Shown here: piece after piece, positions 40,740 through 51,672 of the stretch | Layout of the letters: the number at the start of each line of letters is the position of its first letter | Numbering within the stretch: position 1 is the first letter of the stretch | NCBI GenBank assembly: GCA_963719515.1 | Contig: CAVRCJ010000001.1 | Span: forward strand, 32,001 to 96,000 | Length of the DNA: 64,000 nucleotides | Direction: 5' to 3' | Source: an uncultured cyanobacterium | Lineage (GTDB): Bacteria; Cyanobacteriota; Cyanobacteriia; CAKZMO01 | Position numbers and translations under genes: made by a program | Notes under the pieces: generated by a model | Told to the model about the DNA's origin: nothing | The model's database searches: none | Seen by the model: the letters and a program-made list of their open reading frames with translations, nothing else

Positions 40740-43552
40740 CTAAAGCGTAGAAGCCAAATTCATCCAAAGGCTGGGGCTGTCTGTTGCGAAAGCGTTTGCA
40801 AAGGCATATTGAGCCTTCTCAATTGTGTGGCTGGTTCCGATGGCAGCGGGGGCAGCCGCTAGGCTCAACGTTTGCAGCGGACTAGACATTGAAATGGGTA
40901 GGCTCTGAAAGTCTCCAGCACCAGCTGCTGGATGAGCGGTAGCTGTAGACGGGGCGCTTAGGAAATCGTGATGATCAAGCGGATTGACCCCGGGCGAGCG
41001 ATCGCCTGTTATCTCTCTGGCTAAGAGCTGAGCTGAAGCGTTTGTCCATAGATTTGGAGCGGCAAGATCTAGGGCGCTAGGGTCTGCAATGGGAATATCG
41101 CTCGCTGGGACCTCGGCGACTGGGGCGTCTGCCGTCGGACTTGTCAGCAATAGGTTGTCAATTACCAGCGTCGAATCGACCTGGGCGTCGTTGACGTCGA
41201 CAACGCCCAAGGTTAGGGCAACTGCGCCGTCGGTTTCGAAAGTATGACTCAGCGTCCGATAGCCAGTCGCCACTTCGAATGCTGGGTCTGCAGTTTGAGA
41301 TTGAACTAGCTCACTCAAGTTAGCGCTCAAGTCGGCCAGCTCAACCACCACGCCGTCAACGCCAAAAAAGCTGTAGTCGTTGAACTCCCCGTCGATGGGT
41401 TCGTCGGAAAGAAAGTTCCAGTCGAAAGTCAATACATTGCCTGCGGCGACCTTCACAGTCGTTCGAAGCGCAGAGCCCTCAATGGAGATCCCGTTTCCCA
41501 GTTCATCAAGACTCCCGCTGCTTAGGTCAACGGCCTGCTCTAGCAGCTCAGCGCTGAGAGCCCCCTCTCCAGTGGATATCGCCGCCTGAAATTTTTTCTG
41601 CGGAGCCGTCGCATCCGATACCACGGCGTCTACGCTAGCACTGCCAAAAGATTCCCAAGCCGTCAGTCCAGCCTCAAACGATAGAGTTTCGGGACTCGAG
41701 AGGGCTACAGTAGCGCCGGCGCTAGACAAGGCCTGTAGGGCATTGAGCCGTCCTCCGGAGACAGCGGTATTTTCTAGATCCGGCAGGAGATCTACCGACT
41801 CGAGAATGGCGGCTTTAATTTCGGCTGAGGATAGCTCGGGGTAAGCCGACAGCAGCAAAGCGACAGCACCCGTCACGTGGGGCGTCGCCATTGAGGTGCC
41901 GCTGCGTAAGCCATAGCCGCCCCCAAGCAGCGTGCTGTAAATGTCGCTCCCCGGAGCCAAGATATCGACGGAGGTTTGACCGTAGTTAGAAAAACTCGAC
42001 AGTCGGTCAGACGCCGTGGATGCGCCAACGCTGATAATGCCGCTGAGATCGTAGCCTGCAGGATACTCAGGCTGGCGATCGCTGTCAATTCCTAGGTTGC
42101 CGGCAGCGGCGACGAAGAGCTGGCCGACATTGGCAGCCGCGGCGATCGCCTCTCTCAAAGCTTGAGAGTACCCTCCCCCACCCCAGCTGTTATTGGTCAC
42201 ATCAGCGCCCATCAATATGGCGTATTCAATCGCCTGAATGGCGTCGAACGTACTCCCTTCAGACGCGCTGTCTAGAAACTTGAGCGCCATGACTTTGGCG
42301 TTGGGGGCGACGCCTACAGAGCCAAACTGATTACTGCCGTTCGCCGCAATTGTGCCAGCAACGTGGGTGCCGTGGCCGTTGTCGTCCATGGGATCGCCGT
42401 CGTCGTCGACGAAGTCATAGCCATAGTAGTCATCGACATAGCCATCTATAGCAATCCTGTTTGATTTATGAGAAGGAGCCATACCTGTGCAGTTTGGGGA
42501 AATCGAAGGTGTCCAACCTGAAGAACTGCTCAAACAGGGCTTTGAGTGCCGGAAACGATGGACACAACCCAGACATCCGCCTAAGCCAGGTCTTGCCTTG
42601 AAGCCAAGCATCTTCAATAGGGTTCTGAGTCGGGTCATTGGGGTCAAAACGAACACAGTGAATCTTCCATTCTTCTTGCGTAAGCCCCTCGTTCACCTGG
42701 GCTAGATACTCCTTAAGCTCGCCAGAGCGATGATAGCTGGCCCCATCCCAAAGAATGAGTAACCGCTGGTGGGGAAACTGAGCTTGTAAAGACTTCAGGT
42801 AAGCAATGGTACAAGCGGTGTTGCCCTTCTCATGCGCTTCGATAAATAACCGCTTGCTCACTAGGTCCACTGCCCCGTAGTAGGTTTGGCGCTCTCGCTC
42901 ATTGACAACCGGCACTACCACCCGCTCTACCATCGTCATCAATATCGTTATCGGGAATCTCGCCTGGGTTAGTCCATAGATTCCCGGCTAGGTCGGGATG
43001 GGTGTAGTCGATTCCAGAGTCGATAACGCCGACGACAACGTCACGCCCCGTAGAAATCTCCCAAGCCTCCGGGGCATCAATATCAGCGTCAAATAGTCCC
43101 CCCGTTTGGCCCTGATTGTCTAGCCCCCACAGCGGGTGAAAGTCGCTGCTGCTCGTGGCTGTCAGGTCGGCAGATAGCGCATAGTTGGGCTGCAGGTAGT
43201 CTATGGCGCTAACTGCATCAGCTGCCGTAATATCTCCCGCCTCTGCAGCAGCAGATATCGCATCAAGGCGATCTGCAGAAAGTGTCCAAAGCTCAAATCC
43301 TAGAGCTTGGGCTGTTTCCACCGTCTGAACGCCGTAGGCCGCTTTGAAAGCATCTAGGTCACCGCCGGAATGGTCGAGCTTGACGATAATCTGCAGCATG
43401 TCGTCCGGCTGAAGATCCTCCATTTGTAGACCCAATGCCTTATTGCTCAACGAGACGCTCCTGGAGGTCTGACCCAACGACACGCTGCGGCTCCGCACCC
43501 GAGCGCCGGCTTGATCGATGCTCGCATTGAGTCCCAAAGTCGTCATTCCCAA
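40740..43552 (-). pseudogene. S8 (subtilisin-like) serine protease interrupted by an IS630 fragment
   Basis: Catalytic D (VIDSG) lies upstream of the insert; H (HGTHVAG) and S (SGTSMATP) lie downstream. Deleting 42447-42928 restores a 776-aa ORF. Confidence 0.88.
42447..42928 (-). mobile_element. 5'-truncated IS630-family element (DDE_3 transposase C-terminus plus one end)
   Basis: RQTYYGA, LILWDGASYH, QNPIEDAW motifs; ends in ...CAAACAGGATTGCTATA. Confidence 0.85.
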
Positions 43553-43888
43553 ATCATCTCCAAAGCGATCGCAGTAACCGTCTTGTGCGGGGGTTGCTGC
43601 CTTCTGAGGCTAGCCCACAGTCCGGTATCCTAGCAGACTCGAATGGCCCGTAGTCACGGGCTACAGCCGCCGCCGAAAAAGCTTTTTTGAGAAATAGACA
43701 TTTAACCTTGCAAAACGTCATCAAACTTAACAAACTGGGGTTATGATGGTGTTGTCTCGATTGGGATAGGTATAAATCCTCATTGATTCACCTACGCTGA
43801 TGGCGTTCGGTCGCGCGTTCTCATTGTAAACAGCCGCATTCCGTTCGCTCACATCGCACCCACTGCTGTAAACGCTCGATAGACGCTC

Positions 43889-45511
43889 ATGATGAGTCCT
43901 CAACTTCCGTGGTTAACCATCCTCACTCTGTTACCACTAGTCGCGGCTTTGCCTATTCCGCTCCTGTCTGATAAAGAAGGCAAAACAGTTCGCTGGTACG
44001 CCCTTGGCGTGGCGATCGCCGAGTTTTCCCTGATGGTTTGCGTATTTTGGCAAAGCTACAACTTTGCTAGCCCTGACCTGCAGCTTGTTGAAACCTACAG
44101 CTGGGTTCCCCAAATTGGGCTCAACTGGTCCTTGGCCGTCGACGGTCTCTCGCTGCCGCTCGTGCTGCTGTCTGGCCTAATTAGCACCTTGGCAATCTTA
44201 GCCTCCTGGAACATCACCCGTAAGCCCCGGCTCTTCTTCGCGCTGCTGCTGGTGATGTATGCCGCCCAAGTCGGCGTCTTTTTGGCCCAGGACCTCTTAC
44301 TCTTCTTCCTAATGTGGGAGTTAGAGCTTATTCCCGTATACCTATTAATCTCTATTTGGGGTGGCCAAAAGCGCCTCTACGCTGCTACTAAATTTATTCT
44401 CTACACCGCTGCTGGCTCCATCTTTATTCTGCTGGCGGCGTTTGCGATGGCCTTCTACGGTGACACGGTCACCTTCAGCTTTTCCGAGCTAGCGCTCAAG
44501 AACTACTCGCTACCTTTCGAACTGTCGGTTTACGCGGCGCTGCTGATTGCCTTTGGCGTCAAGCTACCCATTTTCCCCTTCCACACCTGGCTTCCGGATG
44601 CTCACAGCGAAGCGCCTGCGCCTGTGTCAATGATCCTAGCTGGCGTCTTGTTGAAGATGGCGGGCTATGGCCTCATCCGCATCAACATGGAGATGTTGCC
44701 CAACGCTCATGCTCACTTCGCCCCCGCGCTGGCGGTTTTGGGAGTAATTAGCATTATTTATGCCTCACTCACGGCTTTCGCCCAAACCAATCTCAAGCGC
44801 CGCATGGCCTACTCGTCTATTGCCCATATGGGCTTTGTGCTCATCGGCATCTCGGCCTATACGCCGCTAGGGGTCAACGGTGCGGTACTGCAGATGATTT
44901 CCCATGGTCTCATCGCAGCGGCGCTCTTCTTCCTGTCGGGGGTGACCTACGAGCGGACCCACACCCTGGATTTGAGTAAAATGGGTGGCATGGGCAGCGT
45001 CATGCCGAAGACGTTTGCCTTCTTCACCGCGGGGTCGCTAGCGTCACTGGCGCTTCCGGGCATGAGTGGGTTTGTAGGAGAAATCACTATCTTCCTGGGC
45101 TTTACGGCTAGTGACGCCTACACCACGACGTTCAAGGTGGTCATCGTTGGTCTTGCAGCCGTTGGCGTCATCCTAGCGCCCCTCTATCTACTGTCCATGC
45201 TGCGCCAGGTGTTCTACGGGGAAGCGGTTGAATCCGAGGCGGTTCAGGACGGTGCAGCTCGCATGGCGTTCGACCTCAAGCCTCGCGAGGCATTCATTGC
45301 AGCCTCGCTGCTCGTGCCCATCATTAGCATTGGCGTCTACCCAAAGCTGGCGACCCAGACCTACGATGTCAAGACCTACCAGGTGGCCTCTCGGGTCACA
45401 GATGTGCAAATGGCGCTGGCCCGCAACCCCATCCAGGTCAACCTGCCATCCCTAAAGGCTCCATCAGTTCTTGGCCTCGAGGGCAAAGAGATCTCTGCGC
45501 TACGTCAGTAG
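43889..45511 (+). CDS. ndhD: NAD(P)H-quinone oxidoreductase subunit 4 (NdhD family)
   Basis: [49 protein letters not shown]. Which paralog is uncertain. Confidence 0.95.
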   Translation: MMSPQLPWLTILTLLPLVAALPIPLLSDKEGKTVRWYALGVAIAEFSLMVCVFWQSYNFASPDLQLVETYSWVPQIGLNWSLAVDGLSLPLVLLSGLISTLAILASWNITRKPRLFFALLLVMYAAQVGVFLAQDLLLFFLMWELELIPVYLLISIWGGQKRLYAATKFILYTAAGSIFILLAAFAMAFYGDTVTFSFSELALKNYSLPFELSVYAALLIAFGVKLPIFPFHTWLPDAHSEAPAPVSMILAGVLLKMAGYGLIRINMEMLPNAHAHFAPALAVLGVISIIYASLTAFAQTNLKRRMAYSSIAHMGFVLIGISAYTPLGVNGAVLQMISHGLIAAALFFLSGVTYERTHTLDLSKMGGMGSVMPKTFAFFTAGSLASLALPGMSGFVGEITIFLGFTASDAYTTTFKVVIVGLAAVGVILAPLYLLSMLRQVFYGEAVESEAVQDGAARMAFDLKPREAFIAASLLVPIISIGVYPKLATQTYDVKTYQVASRVTDVQMALARNPIQVNLPSLKAPSVLGLEGKEISALRQ

Positions 45512-45588
45512 CGCGTCGTCACTAGCGTGCGGTGCTGAAGCGAAAGCGCGGAGGTCCCAAAGCCCCCGCTTTCGCTTCAGAAAAGCTC

Positions 45589-45619
45589 TTGACACGATTC
45601 CGCACAGACTTGCTATACT
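45589..45619 (+). promoter_or_regulatory. Sigma70-type promoter of tRNA-Gln
   Basis: TTGACA at 45589-45594 and extended -10 TGcTATACT at 45611-45619; the 19-bp spacer is long. Confidence 0.55.
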
Positions 45620-45633
45620 GGCGTAGTGCCTGT

Positions 45634-45705
45634 TGGGGTGTCGCCAAGTGGTAAGGCAGCGGGTTTTGGTCTCGCCATTCCTAGGTTCGAATCCTAGCAC
45701 CCCAG
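45634..45705 (+). tRNA. tRNA-Gln (anticodon TTG)
   Basis: Acceptor TGGGGTG/CACCCCA, anticodon arm GCGGG-TTTTGGT-CTCGC, T loop GTTCGAATC. Confidence 0.96.
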
Positions 45706-45728
45706 TTTAAAAGAACGTAGTGCATTCT

Positions 45729-45756
45729 GTAGGGACATGGAAAACCATGTCCCTAC
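45729..45756 (+). terminator. Hairpin downstream of tRNA-Gln
   Basis: Perfect 12-bp stem GTAGGGACATGG-AAAA-CCATGTCCCTAC. Confidence 0.7.
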
Positions 45757-46023
45757 GCTGCGTTTAAAGTCTGTACGTAAAAAATTACTGGGCAGATCTC
45801 GTAAATCCTTTAGATCTGGGGATTTATGCGCCAGACTACCGCTTTGTAGCTGCGCATACGGAAGGCTTAAAGCAACATCGCTACAGTAGCTTCACGGAGA
45901 GCAGCGCCTTTTTAAAATGTGCTTATAACGTCAGCTAAACCTGCAAGGGCTGCTGGCGTTAGAGAGTTTCTCATGTCCATTTTTAACCCTTCTCGCCTCC
46001 AAGGCCCAGCGTGAAATAGCTCA

Positions 46024-47388
46024 ATGACAACCCAATCCAACGTCATCTCAAAGGCAGCGCCCCATGGAAACAGCCCCGATGGCTGGCGCCAGCTGACCTA
46101 CTTTCAGCTGGTGCTCTGCGCTGTCGTCATCGGCATTTTTGGGGGACTGGTCGCCACCCTCTATTACTTTGTTTTGGAGAGCCTGATGCATGGCGTCTGG
46201 CATACCCTCCCAGACCTCATCGAGCCCTACTTTCCCAGCTGGCTCTCCGCCGCTAACTACGTTTGGATCGCAACCACCGTAGGTGGTTTCTGCGTTGGAA
46301 TAGTGCTCTATTTCATGGGGCTTCCCGGCGAAATGGCTCAGGTGGTCGATAAGGTTCACAATCCCGGCCGCATCGACATCCGCAAAACCCCGGCTATGGT
46401 GATTGCCTCCCTGGTGGCTATTACCTTCGGCGGGAGCGCTGGCCCAGAAGCGCCGCTCGTTCAGGTCAACGGCAGCTTTGGCAGCTGGCTGGGGGATACC
46501 CTGAAGCTCGACACCAGCGTCGTTCGGGTGCTGACTTTCTGCGGCATGAGCGCTGCTTTGGGGGCATTCTTTGGCGCCCCCATCGGGGCCGCTATTTTTG
46601 CCCTAGAGATTCCCCACCGCCGAGGGCTGCAGTATTACGAAGCGATTGGACCCGCCGTTATTTCCGCCATTCTCTCTTTCAGCGTTTTCCGCATCAGTAC
46701 GGGCATGACCATTGGCGGCTTCTATCACTTTGAGTCAGTCCCTGCCCTAGTCCCTATCAATCTACTGCAGGGGCTGATTTTGGGCGCTGTCGGCGCAGGG
46801 GTCGCAGTCCTGTTTATTGGAGTCTTTCGCCTCGTTGGCTATGTCCTCGAACCCCTAGAGCAATACCGGATCGTGCTCGCTACGCTTGGAGGACTTGTCA
46901 TCGGTCTAATTGCCTTTTTCTTTCCCCAAACGCTTTTCTTCAGCGAAGAGCAAATTCATACCGTAATCGAATCGGGCATGACCCTAGGCGTGACGATGCT
47001 GCTGTTAATCGCGATCGCCAAGATGTTTGCCATCAGCTTCACGCTGCATTCGGGCTTTTTGGGGGGCTTTATCTTTCCGCTATTCTTCATCGGCGCGAAC
47101 GTTGGGCTGGCCATTTCCCTGGCGCTGCCGCAGTTTCACCCCACTATCGGCATGGTCTGTCTGATGGCAGCGGTGAACGTGGCGGTGACCAAAACCCCCA
47201 TCAGCACGAGCATTATTCTCAGCGTTTTGTCAGGGACGACGATGCTGCCGGTAATCGTGATTGCCAGCTACACCAGCTTTTTGCTCACGAGCCAGGTGAC
47301 GATGATCAAGACCCAGCGATCGCGCGACATTGAGGTTGGCAGCATTCCCGTGCCGCTGCAAAATGGCCTTGTTCCAACGGTTCAATAG
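46024..47388 (+). CDS. ClC-family chloride/anion channel protein
   Basis: GGSAGPEAP, FFGAPIGAAIFALEI, GGFIFPLF motifs; multiple TM segments. Confidence 0.9.
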   Translation: MTTQSNVISKAAPHGNSPDGWRQLTYFQLVLCAVVIGIFGGLVATLYYFVLESLMHGVWHTLPDLIEPYFPSWLSAANYVWIATTVGGFCVGIVLYFMGLPGEMAQVVDKVHNPGRIDIRKTPAMVIASLVAITFGGSAGPEAPLVQVNGSFGSWLGDTLKLDTSVVRVLTFCGMSAALGAFFGAPIGAAIFALEIPHRRGLQYYEAIGPAVISAILSFSVFRISTGMTIGGFYHFESVPALVPINLLQGLILGAVGAGVAVLFIGVFRLVGYVLEPLEQYRIVLATLGGLVIGLIAFFFPQTLFFSEEQIHTVIESGMTLGVTMLLLIAIAKMFAISFTLHSGFLGGFIFPLFFIGANVGLAISLALPQFHPTIGMVCLMAAVNVAVTKTPISTSIILSVLSGTTMLPVIVIASYTSFLLTSQVTMIKTQRSRDIEVGSIPVPLQNGLVPTVQ

Positions 47389-47499
47389 CAGCCAGTGGAA
47401 CAACTGCGGCCAAGCTGAGTCATAGAAGACAGCTACGGCAGTTTAGCTGCCTACAATCAGGCGCATCACCATATTCGCTAACGATAAAGATATGGTGTT

Positions 47500-47922
47500 A
47501 TGGTACTGCAATTAACTCAGCCGTCTCAGAGTCACGCTTCCAAGCAACATCCGCTAAAGATCCTATATCAGCCCTCGCCAGAGATTAAGCAAACTCTGCG
47601 AGACCAGATTCAAAACACGCTTCAAATCGCAAAACAGCTGCCGCCTGAGCTTTGTCTGCAGGTGGTTAAAGAGCGGCTGCTCAGCATTCAACGGTACTGC
47701 GGCTCGGTGGGTAAAACATTCATCGTGGTAGAAGAGGCGATCGCCTGTCACCAGTACGAGCTGCGGGGGGCAAGGGACGATAGGGCCACACTGTTTCGCG
47801 GCCCCGATGAGCAAGCAAGCGTCGCAATCTGCGTCACTCAAAAAGGATCGCTGCTGCACCGCAACGACTCGGTCTGGGCCGTCTATCGCAACGCGGGGGA
47901 TGTTTTGCTCACCCAGGATTAA
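47500..47922 (+). CDS. Hypothetical protein
   Basis: 140-aa ATG ORF with protein-like composition, downstream of the ClC gene. Confidence 0.65.
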   Translation: MVLQLTQPSQSHASKQHPLKILYQPSPEIKQTLRDQIQNTLQIAKQLPPELCLQVVKERLLSIQRYCGSVGKTFIVVEEAIACHQYELRGARDDRATLFRGPDEQASVAICVTQKGSLLHRNDSVWAVYRNAGDVLLTQD

Positions 47923-47926
47923 CCGC

Positions 47927-49729
47927 TTAACGAATGGTGTAGGTGTAGGGAAGCCGCATGTAGACGTCCGTAGGGTCATTGAGGGAATTTAGCAGCTCCA
48001 TCTCGTTTTGAAGCGGGCGCAGAACTTTGGGCAGGCGGACTCCTGGTTCAGGAGAGGAGATGCCCAAAAGCTGCACGAACCCGTCCTCGAAACGAAGGGT
48101 GTTGGGGTACTCCTTGATCTCGTCGGGGTCCATATCCGACAGCTCGGCGGCAGCGGCGATCGCTGCCTCTAGTCCGCCTAGTTCGTCCACCAAGCCCACC
48201 TCTATTGCCGAGCGCCCCGACCAGACCCGGCCTTCCGCCACCTGCTCCACCTCGGCGCGGCTGATGGGCCTAGACTCGGCGACGCTGCTCAAAAAATCGT
48301 CGTAGACGGTGTCTACAAAGCGCTGGGCGATCGCCACTTCTTGCGCCGTCGGCGGTCTGGCTACCGTACCGATATCGGCGTAGGGCGAGGTCTTGACGAT
48401 ATCCCAAGTCACCCCATTTTTGTTTGCCAGTTCCTGAAAGTTGGGGAATAGCCCAAAGACGCCGATAGACCCCGTCAGCGTTGTCGGAGAGGCGAAAATT
48501 TGCTCGGCGTGGGTGGCCATGAGGTAGCCTCCGGAAGCGGCAATGGACCCCATAGAGGCCACAATGGGTTTCACCTCGCTGGTGAGAGACACCTCGCGGG
48601 CAATGACGTCAGAGGCCGAGGCGGACCCGCCTGGGCTATTGATCCTCAGCACGACAGCCTTGACGCTGTCGTCTAGGCGCAGCTGGCGCAGCAGCGCCGA
48701 AAAGCTATCCCCGCCAATCTGTTCGGCTCCGCCTTGACCCTCTACAATTGACCCTTCGGCATAAACCACGGCGATATGGTCTTCGAGGTCTGCGATGCCG
48801 GAATCCTGAGAGGTGACGACGGTGTCCGCGTAGGCCGTCAGGGAAATTTGCCGAAACGACTTGCTGTCGTCCTCATCTTCTTGAGTCAGCTCTCGCAGCT
48901 GCGGCAGCACCTGGTCAAAATAGACAACTTCGTCGACCAGCCCTGCCGCCTTGGCGGGCTCCGGCAGCAGTAGGGCATCGCTGTTAGCGACAGCCTGCAG
49001 CTGCTCAGCGGAAATCTCTCGGCTTTCCACCGCCACGGCCAAGAGTTCTTGCCACAGGTCATTTAGCAGGGTCGCGGTTTGCTCTTGCTCTTCGGGGCTA
49101 CGCTCTGTGCGCACGAAGGGCTCTACGGCCGACTTATAGTCTCCCGCCCGAATGGCGGATACCCCGACCCCGAGCTTTTGCAGAGCCCCGGCGAAAAACA
49201 GGGTTTCGACGCTCAGCCCGTTGAACTCGACGAGGCCATTGGGGTTGAGGAGTAGGGTGTCGGCGATGGAGGTGAGGTAATAACTGCGCTCATCCCAGCT
49301 CATGCCGTAGGCGATGATGGGCTTGTCCGCCTCCTGAAACTCGATCATCGCCTGACGCAGCTCGCGCAGCACCGTTAGCCCCGGAGGCTGACCCATGCCG
49401 CTATCCATAATGTATAGCCCGGTGATGCGATCATCGCTGCTCGCGGCCTCAATGGCCTCAACGGCGGCGCGCAGAGAGAGGCTGCGGGGGACTTGGCCTA
49501 GCACCCCTTCATCGACCCACCGCCCCAAAGAGAGTCCGGGGGGTCTGTCGGTAATTTGAGTGGACAGATCGAGCACTAAAACGGAGTCTGACGCCAGCTC
49601 AGGGTCGCTATCGCGGGAGGCGATCGCCACTAGCGACAGCAGAGTCAGGGTAACGACCCCGACGCCTAGCGCCCCAAACAGGACCAAACTGACAAAACTG
49701 GCGAAGACATACTTAAAGAAATCGCGCAT
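47927..49729 (-). CDS. sppA: Signal peptide peptidase SppA (long, 67K type)
   Basis: GDYKSAVEPF, VLRINSPGGSASAS, AASGGY, TGSIGV, AEGRVWSG. Start at MRDFFKY. Confidence 0.95.
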   Translation of the reverse strand: MRDFFKYVFASFVSLVLFGALGVGVVTLTLLSLVAIASRDSDPELASDSVLVLDLSTQITDRPPGLSLGRWVDEGVLGQVPRSLSLRAAVEAIEAASSDDRITGLYIMDSGMGQPPGLTVLRELRQAMIEFQEADKPIIAYGMSWDERSYYLTSIADTLLLNPNGLVEFNGLSVETLFFAGALQKLGVGVSAIRAGDYKSAVEPFVRTERSPEEQEQTATLLNDLWQELLAVAVESREISAEQLQAVANSDALLLPEPAKAAGLVDEVVYFDQVLPQLRELTQEDEDDSKSFRQISLTAYADTVVTSQDSGIADLEDHIAVVYAEGSIVEGQGGAEQIGGDSFSALLRQLRLDDSVKAVVLRINSPGGSASASDVIAREVSLTSEVKPIVASMGSIAASGGYLMATHAEQIFASPTTLTGSIGVFGLFPNFQELANKNGVTWDIVKTSPYADIGTVARPPTAQEVAIAQRFVDTVYDDFLSSVAESRPISRAEVEQVAEGRVWSGRSAIEVGLVDELGGLEAAIAAAAELSDMDPDEIKEYPNTLRFEDGFVQLLGISSPEPGVRLPKVLRPLQNEMELLNSLNDPTDVYMRLPYTYTIR

Positions 49730-49786
49730 AGTGCTTTCTATCTCGGTGCCAAATTTTGAGGTCACAATCTATTATGGCCCGTCCCT

Positions 49787-51346
49787 CTAGTCAACGCTGC
49801 CCAAAACGAACAGCCCCAACATAGTGGCGCTATTCCACAGGCTATGCAGCAGCATCGGGGCCAGTAGATTGCGCGATCGCGTATAGACGAAGCCCAGCGC
49901 AATGCCCAGCACCATCAGCGGCAGAATCTCCGACACGCTCAGGTGAGCCGCTGCAAAAATGAATGCGCTGAGGGCGATCGCAGGCCAAACGGCCATGTAT
50001 CGCGTCAAAGAGGGCAACAGAAATCCGCGAAAGAGAAACTCCTCAAATACAGGAGCGGCTACGGCGGCGGTAAAGAAAAACAGCCCGAGCGCCACCGGGT
50101 CAGTCTCGTTGAGCACAATCTGCAACAGGGGATTACTGCCCCCGCGCCCCTGCCAAATCTGCTGATTGACCAAAGAAACGCCAATCACAAGGGGCACAGC
50201 AGCGAAGTAGCCGCCCAGCCCCCACAGCGGCCAACTGTCGGCGATTTTAAGCCGAAACCAGCCTTCGGGCAGCGGGCGATACTGCCGAATGGATAGATAC
50301 AGGACCCCCACCGACGCGGCCGCCAACATTAGGTAGGTCACCAACGTCGACGCCGCCAGCGATCGCCCCCCGCCGGCCGCCGGGCTGAGAACCCCGCTAA
50401 GCACCGTCTGCCTAGCGATCTGCAGCACAATGGGCAGAATGATCTGACCCACCAGGAAAAACCCAACGATAATCACTTGCCAGGTAATCTCCCACTCCCA
50501 AGGGGTCTCCCAGCGCAGCTGCTTACCGCCCGCGAGCAGCGCCTGCTCCCCTTTGGTGAGGCGCTGAATACCAAGGAAAATGAGCAGGCCAATGCCAATC
50601 ACGCCGCCCAGCACCGGACCGATACCCAGCAGGGTGAGCTTGACTAGGGACTGCTGCGCCAGCTCTTGCTCTGCCGCTTCTAGCTGACTGAGGGCGTCGC
50701 TGCGCTGCTGTACGGTGTAGAGCTGCGCTAGAGCACGGGTCTCAAACCAGCCCTGGAGCGATCGCTCCAGGGTTTGCTCGGCGTCGGGAAGGATTTTAGG
50801 CGGGGTGCTCCAGAGGCCCAGCAGGATCCGGGCCGTTTGGGCCTGGTCTGCTTCGGCTTGGGCTGCTGAGTCAACGGCTTGCCAGCGATCGCGAGCGGCG
50901 CTTAAATTATCTGCCTCCGCTTGGAGAATGCCCAGCCGTAGGTCCAACCGATTGAGGAATAGCCGCTGAGCTAGGGATGACGACTGGAGGGTTGGAGTCG
51001 CTGCGGTTGAGGGGCCAGTGGACTCCGTTGAATCGGGCTGGGCCAACTCGGACTGAGCTCGCTCACTTCCCGCAGCGCTGAGCTGGCTAGCAGTGTCGTC
51101 TCGAAGGGACTGATACTGATCAATCGCACCATCGAGAGGTGTTTTGCCCACCAAAGACTCGCGAACTGGGCCCAAGGACTTGTCGTCGAGCGCAATCTCT
51201 TGGGCCTGCAGCAGCAAATCGGCTTGATAGAGCTCTAGTCGACTAGAAATCTGCTGCTCTTCCAGAGAGCCGATCAACGCTGGCCCGACGGCTAGCAAAA
51301 CAACGACTAGGGTCAAAACGGATAATATAATTCGCTTCAATAGCAT
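49787..51346 (-). CDS. CPBP/Abi (CAAX) family intramembrane metalloprotease
   Basis: APVFEEFLFRG, FAAAH, HSLWN motifs. Confidence 0.92.
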   Translation of the reverse strand: MLLKRIILSVLTLVVVLLAVGPALIGSLEEQQISSRLELYQADLLLQAQEIALDDKSLGPVRESLVGKTPLDGAIDQYQSLRDDTASQLSAAGSERAQSELAQPDSTESTGPSTAATPTLQSSSLAQRLFLNRLDLRLGILQAEADNLSAARDRWQAVDSAAQAEADQAQTARILLGLWSTPPKILPDAEQTLERSLQGWFETRALAQLYTVQQRSDALSQLEAAEQELAQQSLVKLTLLGIGPVLGGVIGIGLLIFLGIQRLTKGEQALLAGGKQLRWETPWEWEITWQVIIVGFFLVGQIILPIVLQIARQTVLSGVLSPAAGGGRSLAASTLVTYLMLAAASVGVLYLSIRQYRPLPEGWFRLKIADSWPLWGLGGYFAAVPLVIGVSLVNQQIWQGRGGSNPLLQIVLNETDPVALGLFFFTAAVAAPVFEEFLFRGFLLPSLTRYMAVWPAIALSAFIFAAAHLSVSEILPLMVLGIALGFVYTRSRNLLAPMLLHSLWNSATMLGLFVLGSVD

Positions 51347-51672
51347 GCTGATATAGGTAATTCTTTGGGACCGAGACTGATTTGGGACCGAGACTGAAGC
51401 CGGTGCCAACGCCTAAGGCTGACCCTAGATCCGTGCTCTGACGGCATTATCGCATCGTTCCTCTCTTTGTGGCGGTCCTTCTGGGGTGTGGAGGAATCAC
51501 AAGACAGGGTAATATGCCTTTGGAAACAGAGCGGCTCGTTGGGCCATCTGGTTGGTGATTGGTTGCCCGAGCAGCGCCTCGTTCGAGGTCCCTAGCAACG
51601 CGATGGCTGGGGGCAATGACGACTGGGGGTAGGATGGTTAGGGTTTGAGGCTAGATGAACAGGGGGGATCCT

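Noticed and set aside
42447..42656. N-terminus of the 638-aa ORF 40740-42656 as the real protease start
   Set aside because: It is IS630 DNA read in another frame; the true N-terminus lies in 42929-43552.
43715..43735. HLR1 (RpaB) site upstream of ndhD
   Set aside because: Only one half-site (TTAACAAA) matches well.
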